Part shown: piece by piece, positions 1 through 10,174 of the stretch
Position numbering within the stretch: the stretch's first letter is position 1
Layout: the number at the start of each line of letters is the position of its first letter
DNA from: Chloroflexota bacterium
Lineage (GTDB): Bacteria; Chloroflexota; Dehalococcoidia; Lucifugimonadales; UBA3495
Direction of reading: 5' to 3'
DNA length: 61,596 bases
Assembly (NCBI GenBank): GCA_027624135.1
Contig: JAQBXL010000003.1
Coordinates: 1 to 61,596, forward strand
Notes under the pieces: model-generated
Told to the model about the DNA's origin: nothing
What the model saw: the letters and a program-made list of their open reading frames with translations, nothing else
The model's database searches: none
Made by a program: the position numbers and the translations under genes

Positions 1-28
1 TGGCGGCTGCGGCGGACTGATCCGCCAT
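1..28 (-). CDS. possible 5' start of a gene running off the window edge (MADQSAAAA...)
   Basis: ATG at 28-26 on the minus strand, open to the edge, co-directional with the upstream thiolase; too short to identify. Confidence 0.3.
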
Positions 29-137
29 TAGCCTGGAAGGGAATTTCCACAGGTTTTGACAAGAGCTCTGAATCGGGATGAAACGTGCAATTAATGTGTG
101 ATAGTTGTTCTATTCGAGTTCTGTTCGAGCTCCATTT

Positions 138-1304
138 CTAGTCTGTCGCCAGCACCACGGTTCCAGTGGAAGACAAAGACCCGCCGGTGCCGTTGACGAT
201 GGCCAATTTGGCGTTCTGGCTGGAGTCTCGTTTGCTTTTGACTTGCCGGTCTCCGGCCTCGCCCCTCAGCTGGCGGACCGCCTCCACCAATAGGAAGCTC
301 CCATACATGCCGGGATGGGTGTATGACAGGCCACCGCCGTTGGTGTTCAGTGAAAAATCCCCGCCAGGAGCGGTCCTCTGATTGGCCACAAAGTCCGGAG
401 ATTCTCCGGGCCCGCAGAACCCCATGCTTTCCAGGGTTGCCATCACCGTGTAGGTGAAAGAGTCGTAAATCATCGTCAGGTCCAGGTCATCGTGGGTGAT
501 GCCTGCCCGCTGCATCGACAGTGGCCCAGACCTGCGGGCCCAAGTTGATGTGTAGTCGGGCATCTGGCTAACTATGTTGTGGTCGTGCCCTTCGCCGGCT
601 CCCAACACCCAAACGGGCGCTTTCTTGAGACTCTTAGCCCGCTCGGCAGTGGTAACGATAATGGCCGCCCCCGAGTCGGTGACCAAACAGCAGTCCAAGA
701 GATGAAAGGGCCAGGACACCCACCGGGAATCGTGGTACTCGTCAAAGCTCATCGTGGTGTCTTGCATCATGGCTTTGGGATTTAGGTTGGCCCATTTCCG
801 CGTGGCCACCGCAATCTCGGCCATGCCCTGCCGAGTGCGGTCTTCCCCGTATTGGTGCATGTACCGTGAACACGCCAGGGAGTAGTTGATGGGTGCGCCG
901 ATGATCCCGTAAGGCGCCTCGTACTGGGAGAAAGGCAGGTTGCCGTCGGCGGGAAACCGGGCCCTGGCCGACCGGCCTGCTTGCCCATGGGTGATCAACG
1001 CCACCTCACAGTAACCAGCCCGGATCGCAGCGATGGCGTGAGCCACGTGGATAACGAATGATGATCCGCCAACTGTAGTGCTGTCCGTGAAAGTGGGGTG
1101 GATCCCCAGATATTCGGCGGTCGCCAGAGTGGAGCCCCCAGCGGTTAAAACACCGCCAACGTCGCTCTTGGAAAGACCGGCGTCCTCTAACGCATTGTGG
1201 GCCGCCTCGGCATGGTGCTGTAGAGAGGACTTGTTCGGGACATTGCCCATGACGTCCGATTCGGCCACCCCGACAATAGCAATATCCCGTTGTCCCGTGG
1301 TCAT
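138..1304 (-). CDS. thiolase-superfamily protein (SCP2/Ltp2-like)
   Basis: IAIVGVAES N-terminus, DCCLVTDSGAA, IYDSFT, NTNGGGLSYTHP, EAVRQLRGEAGDRQV. Confidence 0.9.
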   Translation of the reverse strand: MTTGQRDIAIVGVAESDVMGNVPNKSSLQHHAEAAHNALEDAGLSKSDVGGVLTAGGSTLATAEYLGIHPTFTDSTTVGGSSFVIHVAHAIAAIRAGYCEVALITHGQAGRSARARFPADGNLPFSQYEAPYGIIGAPINYSLACSRYMHQYGEDRTRQGMAEIAVATRKWANLNPKAMMQDTTMSFDEYHDSRWVSWPFHLLDCCLVTDSGAAIIVTTAERAKSLKKAPVWVLGAGEGHDHNIVSQMPDYTSTWARRSGPLSMQRAGITHDDLDLTMIYDSFTYTVMATLESMGFCGPGESPDFVANQRTAPGGDFSLNTNGGGLSYTHPGMYGSFLLVEAVRQLRGEAGDRQVKSKRDSSQNAKLAIVNGTGGSLSSTGTVVLATD

Positions 1305-1526
1305 TTAATCCGATCCTCGTGTGATGGGTGTGGAGGGAGTGCCAAGTATGGTCCTTTCTGATATTACAACAATTCGGGGTGACATAACAATACCAGTTGA
1401 CTTTAATACGGAATCCGGGAGGATCCGCACGAGAACCCACAAGGCAATAATAGTATTTATCATGATAGAATATCAAGGTTGCCGAATGGCACATTTGGGC
1501 AGACGTTTTGCCGCTCAGAGGTACAC

Positions 1527-2093
1527 ATGCCAAGTAATTTCTGGATGATGATTAATAACGAGGAGAATTTCCGCATCACCCAAAAGCGAGAATTCACTCT
1601 TTTGGGTCTGAAGGCCCAACACCGCCGCAAGATGCAACGGATCACCGAAGGCGACCGCGTGCTGCTTTATATCTCGCATGTGCGCCGGTTCGCGGCCACC
1701 GCAACCGCGATGTCTTCCTTCTATGAAGCTGAAGAGCAGATCTGGGTAAACGAGGGGAGCACGGGTTTTCCCTACCATATAAAGCTTAAACCCGGTGTGA
1801 TTTTAGAGGACCACCAGTTGATCGACGCCAATCTGTTGGCGCCGCGCCTGGAATACGTGAGGCGGTGGAATCCCGAGGATTGGTACATGGCATTCCAGGG
1901 TAATCTTCACCTGCTTCCCAAGAACGATTTCATATTGATCGAAGAAGAGATGAAGAAGCTCCACTTCGGCAAGGAATACGTCCCCACGGATTTCACAGCG
2001 ACATTGAACAACCAGCGCCGCCGCTCTGGAACTCGGAAGAGCAAACGTCCTCGCACGGAAGCCGAGCAGGGGCAACCGACCCAAACCCGTTAG
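1527..2093 (+). CDS. EVE domain-containing protein with basic C-terminal tail
   Basis: FWMMINNEENF...ITEGDRVLLY...FPYHIKL...FILIEEEM pattern; start moved to ATG 1527 after GAGG. Confidence 0.75.
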   Translation: MPSNFWMMINNEENFRITQKREFTLLGLKAQHRRKMQRITEGDRVLLYISHVRRFAATATAMSSFYEAEEQIWVNEGSTGFPYHIKLKPGVILEDHQLIDANLLAPRLEYVRRWNPEDWYMAFQGNLHLLPKNDFILIEEEMKKLHFGKEYVPTDFTATLNNQRRRSGTRKSKRPRTEAEQGQPTQTR

Positions 2094-2122
2094 AAGACGA
2101 TTCCAGATCAGCCGGGAATCTT

Positions 2123-3295
2123 TTAGCGAACTTCGCGATTGCGAGCTACCAGAAGCGCCGCTCCGGTCTCTTCTTGGACATAAGGATCTGATTCGGACGC
2201 CAACGCTTGCTCCAGTGCGTCGATTGCTTCGGAAGTAGCGATCTGACCCAGGGCCCAGGCAGCATGGCCGCGCACCAACGGATCAGCGGTTTTCAATGCA
2301 GTCCCCAACGCCGCCACCCCAGACTCGTCCCGCTGGTTGCCCAGCGCCACACAGGCGTTCTTCTGCAAGCCAACGCGTTTGGCCCGCATGATTGAGGTGC
2401 CCTGAAAACGGTTCCGAAACTCCTCTTCGGTCATGGCCAATATCTCAGCCAACGGGAGCTGCCCCGACTGTCCCACGGCTTCTGCTGGCGGAATGGGCAG
2501 ATTGGGCTGTTCTGCTTTGAGATTGACCGGGCACACATCCTGGCAGATGTCGCATCCGAAGATCCAATCGCCGATGAGCGGCCGCATCTCCAATGGAATT
2601 ACACCCCGGTTCTCGATGGTCTGATATGAGATGCAACGGGCGTTGTCCACGATGTACGGGGCGACGATGGCTCCGGTGGGGCAGTCGTCGATGCAACGGA
2701 CACAGGCCCCGCAGGTTTTCTTCAGTGGCTGGTCCGGTTCCAAGTCGAGGTCGGTGAGCACCTGTCCCAGCAACACCCATGAACCGTAGGACTGGGTTAG
2801 GACGTTGGTGCTCTTGCCGAACCATCCCAGCCCCGAACGCACCGCCGCCGCCCGGTCCAACATGGGTCCATCGTCCACGTACCATCTGGCCGCCACCGGG
2901 ATATCTAGCTGTTCTTCCAAGCTGCGGACGAAGGATTTCATCCGCCGCTTCATGGTTCGGTGATAGTCTTTAACCCGCGCATAGCGGGCCACAGTGCCTT
3001 TGCCGGATCCGGATTCTTGCCCTTCCTGACCGAGGTAACTCAGACCCAAACAGATGATGGAACGCACGCCGGGGAGCAGAGCTTGTGGGTCTGTGCCGCG
3101 CCGAACTCGGGATTCGGTGAACCAGGGGAGGCCGTCCATCTGCCCGGCCTCGATGCGGGTTAGAGCGGCATCCCGGTCTTTGACGAACTCATCGGCTCCG
3201 GTGATTCGCACCAGATCGAACCCGCACTTGAGGGCTTGATCTTTGATCTGGTCCCGGATCTGTTGTGTTTCTTGCATCACGTCCGGCCAAGGCAC
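2123..3295 (-). CDS. queG: tRNA epoxyqueuosine(34) reductase
   Basis: VARYAR..DYH, SGLGWFGK, CGACVRCIDDCP, CISYQTIE, FGCDICQDVCP, HEAT-like C-terminus; alternative start 3277. Confidence 0.95.
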   Translation of the reverse strand: MPWPDVMQETQQIRDQIKDQALKCGFDLVRITGADEFVKDRDAALTRIEAGQMDGLPWFTESRVRRGTDPQALLPGVRSIICLGLSYLGQEGQESGSGKGTVARYARVKDYHRTMKRRMKSFVRSLEEQLDIPVAARWYVDDGPMLDRAAAVRSGLGWFGKSTNVLTQSYGSWVLLGQVLTDLDLEPDQPLKKTCGACVRCIDDCPTGAIVAPYIVDNARCISYQTIENRGVIPLEMRPLIGDWIFGCDICQDVCPVNLKAEQPNLPIPPAEAVGQSGQLPLAEILAMTEEEFRNRFQGTSIMRAKRVGLQKNACVALGNQRDESGVAALGTALKTADPLVRGHAAWALGQIATSEAIDALEQALASESDPYVQEETGAALLVARNREVR

Positions 3296-3313
3296 TGGCG
3301 GTGGGGAGAAATC

Positions 3314-3844
3314 CTAGATGTTTTCCGACTGGAAACGGCCTTGGTAGCCGCTGCTGACGGCGGTCTCCATGCGGAAGAAGACCAACTGCATCAGGCGGGC
3401 GTCGCGCTGCACCCGGTAGCCGCCGGGGTGGTAGACCACTAGCAGGGCTTGTGAACGGCCATGGTATCCGGCGTCCCAGACGGCCGTGTGAATTCCGGCG
3501 CCGCTGCGGAGCAGGCTGGAACGGGGCCGGCCCAGGGCCATAACGTCCAGGGGCAGGTTGACCACTTCATTGAAGGTAACCAAGAATGGCCCTGGCTCCA
3601 AATCTACCCAGCCGTTAGAGTCAAACTCAAAGGGCGCTGTTTCAGACAACTCCCTGCTGGCGTCCTCGGCTCCGACGGCACCGGGGGTGGTCAACCGAGC
3701 CACCTCCCGCAGCGTCATGTCGAATCCATTGGGCTGGAGCTGGGCCTCGAGAGACAGGTATTGCTCCAACAGCGGTGGAGACCCTTCAATCAGGCGGCCG
3801 ATGGAATCGCGGTCCAGTAGAGTAGCCGGCATCTGTTGATCCAA
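3314..3844 (-). CDS. dut: dUTPase / dCTP deaminase family protein
   Basis: QLQPNGFDMTL, PRSSLLRSG, VWDAGYHG, YQGRFQ motifs of the trimeric dUTPase fold. Confidence 0.8.
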   Translation of the reverse strand: MDQQMPATLLDRDSIGRLIEGSPPLLEQYLSLEAQLQPNGFDMTLREVARLTTPGAVGAEDASRELSETAPFEFDSNGWVDLEPGPFLVTFNEVVNLPLDVMALGRPRSSLLRSGAGIHTAVWDAGYHGRSQALLVVYHPGGYRVQRDARLMQLVFFRMETAVSSGYQGRFQSENI

Positions 3845-3858
3845 AAATTAAGCCCGGC

Positions 3859-3949
3859 CAGCCACTGGGTTCAGCCACTGGGTTCCGTAAGTAGCTGGTC
3901 CGGGCCGGTTTTCGCCTGGTCGCGGTTGCTGGTTCGGGTTGCTGGTTCG
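3859..3949. repeat. two separate 13-bp tandem duplications (CAGCCACTGGGTT x2; GGTTGCTGGTTCG x2)
   Basis: read directly at 3859-3884 and 3924-3949. Confidence 0.85.
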
Positions 3950-3963
3950 AGTAAATGTCGGGG

Positions 3964-5589
3964 CTAGTCGTGCATGAAGTCTTGGATGTCTGCGGGCAGC
4001 GGCACGAACTCGGGAATCTCGGTGATGATCGCCTCGGTGGTAATCATCATCCCGGCGATACTGCCCGCGTTCTCCAAGGCTGACCGCGTGACTTTGACCG
4101 GATCAATGATCCCTGCTTCGATCAGGTGGCAGAACTCCCCACGGTCGGCGTCGAAGCCCCAGTCACCTTCTCCGTTTCGCACGCCTTCAAGGATCACCGG
4201 GCCGTCGTGGCCGGCATTCTGTGCGATGAGCAACAGGGGTGCGCTGAGGGAGTCGCGAACGAGGCGCACGCCCAGAGCCTGTTCGGCTTCCAGGGTCTTT
4301 TCCAGATCGACCAAGACCTGTCCGGCCCGAACCAGAGCGACTCCGCCGCCGGGCACGATACCTTCTTCAATGGCGGCCCTGGTTGCCGAGAGGGCGTCTT
4401 CAGCCCGAGATTTGCGCTCATTGATCTCAGGTTCGGTGGCACCGCCAATCTTAAGCACTGCAACACCGCCAACCAAGGCGGCCATGCGCTCTTGCAGTTT
4501 TTCACGGTCGTAGTCGGAAGTGGTCTCCTCGATCTGGACCCTTAATTGTTCCAACCGGTCTTTGATGGCCTGCTCGTCGCCGCGGCCTTCAACGATAGTG
4601 GATTCGTCTTTGCTGGCGATGAGCCGTCGGGCGGTTCCCAACATGGAAATCTCGGCGTCTTCAACCTTGAGACCCCGGTCGGCGCTGACGACGGTGCCAC
4701 CGGTCACGATGGCGATATCTTCCAGCAATGCCTTGCGGCGCTCTCCGAATCCGGGGGCCTTGATGGCAACGCAATCGATCGTGCCCCGCAGCTTGTTGAC
4801 CACCAGGGTGGACAGGGCCTCTCTATCTACATCTTCGGCGATGATCACCAGAGATCGTTTTCCATCTTGTAGCAATTTCTCCATGATTCCGATCACATCT
4901 TTCGAGGTGCTGATCTTCTGGTCGGTGATCAGGAACATGGGCTCTTCGATGGCAGCTACCATCCGCTCTGTGTCGCTAACGAAATGAGGGGACAGGTAAC
5001 CGCGATCAACGCGGACTCCCTCCACAAATTCCAATTCATCTAGTAGAGACTTGGACTCTTCAATGGTGACCACTCCATCCCTGCCCACTTTGTCGAGGGC
5101 ATCCGCCAACAATTGAGCGATGGCTTCTTCGTGGGCGGAGAGTGCGGCAACCCTGGCGATCTGCTCACGGCCCTCCACGGGGATGGCCATGGATTTTAAT
5201 TCGGCTACCACTGCGGCCACGGCCTGGTTGATTCCGTCGCGGATGCCGATGCCATTGGCGCCGGATGCCACGTTCATGAAGCCGTTGCGGACGATTGACT
5301 GGGTCAGGACCACGGAGGTAGTCGTGCCGTCGCCGACCGCGTCGTTGGTCTTGGAGGCAGCTTCTTTGACGAGCTGCGCCCCCAGATTTTCGTAAGGATC
5401 AAGGAGTTCAACTTCTTTGGCAATGGTGACGCCGTCGCTGCAGACCACTGGCAAGCCAAACATTCGGCTAAGCAGCACGTTGCGACCGCTGGGGCCCAGG
5501 GTCAGGCCCACCACCCGCTTAAGCTCATCCACGCCCCGCATCATCCTGGTGCGGGCTTCTTCATCAAAAGCCAGTTGCTTGTCCGCCAT
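3964..5589 (-). CDS. groEL: chaperonin GroEL (divergent, no GGM tail)
   Basis: TLGPSGRNV, DGVTIAKE, GDGTTT, KAPGFGERRK, GIVPGGG, GIIDPVKVTRSALENA. Confidence 0.97.
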   Translation of the reverse strand: MADKQLAFDEEARTRMMRGVDELKRVVGLTLGPSGRNVLLSRMFGLPVVCSDGVTIAKEVELLDPYENLGAQLVKEAASKTNDAVGDGTTTSVVLTQSIVRNGFMNVASGANGIGIRDGINQAVAAVVAELKSMAIPVEGREQIARVAALSAHEEAIAQLLADALDKVGRDGVVTIEESKSLLDELEFVEGVRVDRGYLSPHFVSDTERMVAAIEEPMFLITDQKISTSKDVIGIMEKLLQDGKRSLVIIAEDVDREALSTLVVNKLRGTIDCVAIKAPGFGERRKALLEDIAIVTGGTVVSADRGLKVEDAEISMLGTARRLIASKDESTIVEGRGDEQAIKDRLEQLRVQIEETTSDYDREKLQERMAALVGGVAVLKIGGATEPEINERKSRAEDALSATRAAIEEGIVPGGGVALVRAGQVLVDLEKTLEAEQALGVRLVRDSLSAPLLLIAQNAGHDGPVILEGVRNGEGDWGFDADRGEFCHLIEAGIIDPVKVTRSALENAGSIAGMMITTEAIITEIPEFVPLPADIQDFMHD

Positions 5590-5692
5590 GACCGTCTCCT
5601 CGTTATCCTTACTGCTGTCGCCGCCACGTTTCGGCAGCGCAGGCTTTTTTCGTCGTTAAACGTTCGCGAAAGTGGGGTGGTTCCGAATGGAA

Positions 5693-5741
5693 ATCATGCG
5701 TCAGCCGGGCGAAATTGTCAACTGGGCGCGCCGACTGCTAA
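5693..5741 (-). promoter_or_regulatory. sigma70-type groEL promoter with an overlapping degenerate CIRCE-like site
   Basis: minus strand TTGACA-17nt-CATGAT (5721-5693); TTAGCAGTC-N9-AGTTGACAA (5741-5715), left arm 8/9 to CIRCE. Confidence 0.55.
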
Positions 5742-5773
5742 CTCATTTCAGGTACGATTTCGCCACTTAGAGA

Positions 5774-6277
5774 TTAGGCAACCGGACTGACTCCCGCCAA
5801 ACCGTCAACTTCACCGGCCAAATCGGCAATTGTTAGACCAAGGGTGGGGTGGATGTGGTCAGGGATCAATTCTGCCAATGGGACCAAAACGAACGCCCGA
5901 AGGTGCATGCTGGCGTGGGGGATGCGCAGGTCTGGCTCATCAACCACATCACTCCCATAGATCAGTATGTCCAGGTCGATGAGCCTGGGGCCAAAACGGG
6001 GTCCGGCTTCCCGGCCCAATTCCCGTTCCAAGTCTTTCACGAAGTCGAGCAACTGGCGGGGGGATAGGCCAGTGCAGACCTCGGCCACCATGTTCAGGAA
6101 ATCAGGTTGCTCGGCTAAGCCCCAGGGGGCAGTCTCGTAGATGCCGGAGGTCCGCAGTACTGTTAACTCTGGCCCGGCGTCCAGTCCCTTTAGCGCCTGG
6201 GTCAGGTTTTCCTGCCGATCGCCCAGATTGGTCCCCAGTCCCAGGTAGGCGGTTGTGCCACTCAACTGGCCTTCCAT
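5774..6277 (-). CDS. folK: 2-amino-4-hydroxy-6-hydroxymethyldihydropteridine diphosphokinase
   Basis: AYLGLGTNLGDR, YETAPWG, FLN, GPRLIDLDIL, IPH, RAFVLVPL. Confidence 0.97.
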   Translation of the reverse strand: MEGQLSGTTAYLGLGTNLGDRQENLTQALKGLDAGPELTVLRTSGIYETAPWGLAEQPDFLNMVAEVCTGLSPRQLLDFVKDLERELGREAGPRFGPRLIDLDILIYGSDVVDEPDLRIPHASMHLRAFVLVPLAELIPDHIHPTLGLTIADLAGEVDGLAGVSPVA

Positions 6278-7137
6278 CCGTCAGGCCGCCAACCTCGGAC
6301 CACCGCGTCGGTGACCCGGCAGACCCGCACCATTTCCTTGACGTCATGCACGCGCACGATGTCTGCGCCCCCTGCGATAGCCAGAGCCACCGTGGCCGAT
6401 GTGCCCTCCACCCGCTGGTCCGGGGGTAGGTTCAATAATAGGCCCAAAGTGGACTTTCGGGAGGCGCCGACCAGGATGGGCAAACCGATGCTTTTCAGTT
6501 TCTCCAGGTCAGCCAAGATTGCCAGGTTGTGGTCAGGGGTTTTCCCGAAGCCGATGCCTGGGTCGATGATGATGTTTTCCTTGGGCACACCGGCTTCAAG
6601 CGCCAACGCAACGCTGGCCTGCAGGCTCGATATCACATCCGGGAGCAAGTCTCGGTACTCCGTGCCCTGTTGGTTGTGCATCAAGATCAATCCTGCGCCG
6701 GATTCGGCTGCCACCTGGGCCAACTGGGGTTCTGCTTTCAAGCCCCAGATGTCGTTGATGATCACAGCACCAGCTTCAACCGCGCGGCGGGCAACCTCAG
6801 CTTTGTAAGTGTCCACGCTGATGGGCAATTCCACATTGTTGGTCACGGCTTCAAGGGCCGGCATCAGCCTTTGCAGTTCATCATCTAGGGAGACCCGTTG
6901 GTGGCCAGGACGGGTGGATTCGGAACCGATGTCCAAGATATCCGCGCCTTCATCTTGAAACCGCAAGGCTTGCTCAACAGCCGCTGCAACCAGATCGTTC
7001 CCCGAGCCCAAACCGTCGCCAGAGAACGAGTCGGGGGTCAGATTGATGATGCCCATCACGTAGGTGCGGACGCCCCAGGTAAGCGACTCGCCGTTAGCTA
7101 CGGTCAGGCTGGAGATGGGGGTGTGGACTCGGGGCAT
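6262..7137 (-). CDS. folP: dihydropteroate synthase
   Basis: MGIINLTPDSFSGDG, ESTRPG, SVDT, DPGIGFGK, SRK, RVHDV; start chosen after GGAG. Confidence 0.97.
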   Translation of the reverse strand: MPRVHTPISSLTVANGESLTWGVRTYVMGIINLTPDSFSGDGLGSGNDLVAAAVEQALRFQDEGADILDIGSESTRPGHQRVSLDDELQRLMPALEAVTNNVELPISVDTYKAEVARRAVEAGAVIINDIWGLKAEPQLAQVAAESGAGLILMHNQQGTEYRDLLPDVISSLQASVALALEAGVPKENIIIDPGIGFGKTPDHNLAILADLEKLKSIGLPILVGASRKSTLGLLLNLPPDQRVEGTSATVALAIAGGADIVRVHDVKEMVRVCRVTDAVVRGWRPDGWKAS

Positions 7138-7398
7138 CGTATGTGAACTCCAGATCGGTCGAAGAGGTGGTATCAGGGACATCAGCGATCTGCGAACCCC
7201 TGAGAATAGCCTCATTTTATCACTCCGGGTCGTGCCCAGACTCCTTGCTCCTCGTTCGACGCGTCTGCTAGGATGAACCAGGATTATGTGTGCCTAAATC
7301 GCGGCGAATCCAGGCTAAATTGAGCTTGTGATTCGCCCTTGGACAATCGAAAGCGCGCGGACCAGAGTGGTCCGCTTTGAAACTTGCTGGGAGGGGTT

Positions 7399-8964
7399 GT
7401 GACTGCTGAAAAAAGGCCGATCGACGAGAAGATTGACGCGTTGGACGCGATGCGTCAAGAGTCGCAGAAGGGCGGCGGCCAGGAGCGGATCGACCAACAG
7501 CACAGCAGGGGCAAGCTAACTGCCCGGGAACGGCTGGCCCTGCTTATGGATGACGGCACCTTCGAAGAACTGGACGCCTTTGTCACTCACCGGGCCACCG
7601 ACTTCGGTCTGGCCGACCGCAAGGTTCTCGGCGACGCCGTGGTCACTGGTTACGGCCAGGTGGAGGGCCGCCAGGTCTTCGCCTACGCCCAAGACTTCAC
7701 CGTGATGGGCGGCTCACTGTCGGAGGCCGTCAGCCAAAAGATCTGCAAGGTGTTGGATTTGGCGGTCAAAGCCGGTTGTCCCGTGGTGGGGCTTAACGAC
7801 TCTGGCGGGGCCCGCATCCAAGAAGGCGTCACGAGCCTGGCTGCTTACGGCGACATATTTCTGCGGAACACTTTGTATTCCGGGGTTATACCCCAGATTT
7901 CCGTGATCGTCGGCCCTGCTGCCGGCGGCGCGGTCTACTCCCCAGCCATCACCGACTTCGTCTTCATGGTCAAGGGCACCGGCCAGATGTATATCACCGG
8001 CCCCGATGTCATCAAGGCGGTGACCGGAGAAGAGGTGACCCACGAGGACCTGGGCGGAGCAGCGACCCATGCCACCCGTAGCGGCGTGGCCCAGTTCGTC
8101 TACGAGACCGAAGAAGAGTGCATCAATGAAGTTCGGCGTCTGCTCAGCTTTCTGCCCAGCAACAACCTGGAGGATAGCCCGCAAGAGGCGACCGCCGACC
8201 CAGCGACCCGGAGGGAACCTGACCTGCGCTACCTGGTGCCCGACGACGCCAACCGCCCCTATGACATGCGGGAGATCATCGACAAGATAATCGACGAAGA
8301 AGAGTTCATGGAGGTTCACCAGAACTTCGCGCCCAACGTGGTGGTGGGATTCGCACGCATGAATGGCCGGTCAGTGGGCATCGTGGGCAACCAACCTGAG
8401 TATCTAGCCGGAGTTCTGGATATCGATGCTTCGGTCAAGGCGGCGCGGTTCATCCGGTTCTGCGACTGCTTCAACATCCCCATCGTGACTTTGGTGGATG
8501 TGCCCGGATTCATGCCCGGTGTGGACCAGGAATACGGCGGAATCATCCGCCACGGCGCCAAGTTGATCTTTGCCTACGCCGAGGCCACGGTGCCCAAGAT
8601 TGCTGTCATCATCCGCAAGGCCTATGGCGGCGCCTATATCGTGATGAGCAGCAAGCACCTTCGTTCGGACATCAACCTGGCCTGGCCGTCGGCGGAGATC
8701 GCTGTCATGGGCGCTGAAGGCGCAGTTAACATAATATACCGGAGCGAGATTTCAGGGGCGGAAGACCCGGACAAGAAACGCCAGGAACTGATCAAAGAAT
8801 ATCAGGATCAATTCACCACCCCGTACATCGCCGCCAGCCGTGGCTTTCTTGACGACGTGATCGACCCGGCAGAGACCCGGGTGCAGATCATCAAGGCGCT
8901 GGAGATGCTGCGAAACAAACGCGACAGCCTCCCAGCCAAGAAACACGGCAACATCCCCCTCTAA
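7399..8964 (+). CDS. pccB: acyl-CoA (propionyl/methylmalonyl-CoA) carboxyltransferase beta subunit
   Basis: GKLTARER, QDFTVMGGS, DSGGARIQEG, GGAVYSPA, DVPGF, KAYGGA, KKHGNIPL; GTG after GGAGGGG. Confidence 0.9.
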   Translation: MTAEKRPIDEKIDALDAMRQESQKGGGQERIDQQHSRGKLTARERLALLMDDGTFEELDAFVTHRATDFGLADRKVLGDAVVTGYGQVEGRQVFAYAQDFTVMGGSLSEAVSQKICKVLDLAVKAGCPVVGLNDSGGARIQEGVTSLAAYGDIFLRNTLYSGVIPQISVIVGPAAGGAVYSPAITDFVFMVKGTGQMYITGPDVIKAVTGEEVTHEDLGGAATHATRSGVAQFVYETEEECINEVRRLLSFLPSNNLEDSPQEATADPATRREPDLRYLVPDDANRPYDMREIIDKIIDEEEFMEVHQNFAPNVVVGFARMNGRSVGIVGNQPEYLAGVLDIDASVKAARFIRFCDCFNIPIVTLVDVPGFMPGVDQEYGGIIRHGAKLIFAYAEATVPKIAVIIRKAYGGAYIVMSSKHLRSDINLAWPSAEIAVMGAEGAVNIIYRSEISGAEDPDKKRQELIKEYQDQFTTPYIAASRGFLDDVIDPAETRVQIIKALEMLRNKRDSLPAKKHGNIPL

Positions 8965-9113
8965 CGCCGACTCTCTGACAAAGAGTCCCTTCCTCCTCGC
9001 AATGGTGAAGGTTAGGATGGGGGCGTCCCCTGCCCTACGAGCAGGCGTTTGTATTAGAATAGGCGAGCCGCAGTTCCGGCGGCCATCCTATTCTGGTTTA
9101 ACAGGAGTCTCAC

Positions 9114-10136
9114 ATGGAGTTCGGCGTTTTCTACCAACTTCCGTGCGCGGTAGACCAAACTCCCGCCGCCCGCATCCAGGACACGATCGCCCAATGCCAA
9201 TTGGCGGACGAACTGGGATTCGACTCCGCCTGGCTGGCCGAGTTGCACTTCAATCCCCGGTTCTCCGTGATGTCGGCCCCGTTGATGATCGCGGCTGCTG
9301 TCGCCCAGACCACCAAGCGCATCCGTATTGGCACCGCCGTCAGCCTATTGCCACTGCATCAGCCGGTTCGTCTGGCCGAGGATGTGGCTACGTTGGATGT
9401 TCTATCCAATGGTCGGGCCATCTTCGGGGTGGGCCGGGGCTCCATGCCCAGCCACTATGAGGGGTACGGCATCGACCAGGAAGAAGGGCGCGCCCGATTC
9501 ATTGAAGGCCTTGAGTTCGTGCTTGGGTCTTGGGAGAAAGACGGCTTCACCTACACGGGCAAGTACTACCAAGCCAAAGAGATATCGGTAACGCCCAAGC
9601 CGGTGCAGCAGCCCCATCCTCCGGTGTACGTGGCCGCCAATAGCGCCGACACATTTGGCATCGTCGGGTCATTGGGCCACAATATATTGGTTGCGCCCAC
9701 CATCGTGACCACGGAAGGCGCACTGGCCGGGTTGGCTTCTTACCGGGCGGAACTGGCGGAGAACGGCTACGACACTGCAAAACTGAAGGTCAACGTCAAC
9801 GTACCCACGCACGTGGCCGCCGACGAGAAGACAGCCAGGGCCGGCTTTGAAAAGACAATCGATAACTACCTGGGAACTCTCCGGGACATCGGTGCAGCTC
9901 GGGGCGCCAGCCGGGGTTCCAGCCGGGCCGACAGCCTGACTTCCGAGAGTGTCATGGAGGAGTTTGCCGCCGTGGGCACTCCGGACCAAGTAGCCGCCAA
10001 ACTGGAAAGATTCAAAGAGATGTACGAGCCGCAAGAATTCATGTGTTGGTTCAACATCGGCGGGATGTTGCCCCATGCCGAGGTGGAATCGTCGATGCGG
10101 CTATTCGCCAAAGAAGTGATGCCCAGATTCCAGTAG
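9114..10136 (+). CDS. LLM-class flavin-dependent oxidoreductase
   Basis: ADELGFDSAWLAELHF, RIRIGTAV, RLAEDVATLDVLSNGR, PKPVQQPHPP, RLFAKEVMP. Confidence 0.93.
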   Translation: MEFGVFYQLPCAVDQTPAARIQDTIAQCQLADELGFDSAWLAELHFNPRFSVMSAPLMIAAAVAQTTKRIRIGTAVSLLPLHQPVRLAEDVATLDVLSNGRAIFGVGRGSMPSHYEGYGIDQEEGRARFIEGLEFVLGSWEKDGFTYTGKYYQAKEISVTPKPVQQPHPPVYVAANSADTFGIVGSLGHNILVAPTIVTTEGALAGLASYRAELAENGYDTAKLKVNVNVPTHVAADEKTARAGFEKTIDNYLGTLRDIGAARGASRGSSRADSLTSESVMEEFAAVGTPDQVAAKLERFKEMYEPQEFMCWFNIGGMLPHAEVESSMRLFAKEVMPRFQ

Positions 10137-10174
10137 TCCAGCCGCCCAGCCGTCCAGCTGCAAAGTGAAGACCC

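Noticed and set aside
1527-3295. Functional link between the EVE protein and queG
   Set aside because: The genes are convergent and adjacency is the only evidence.
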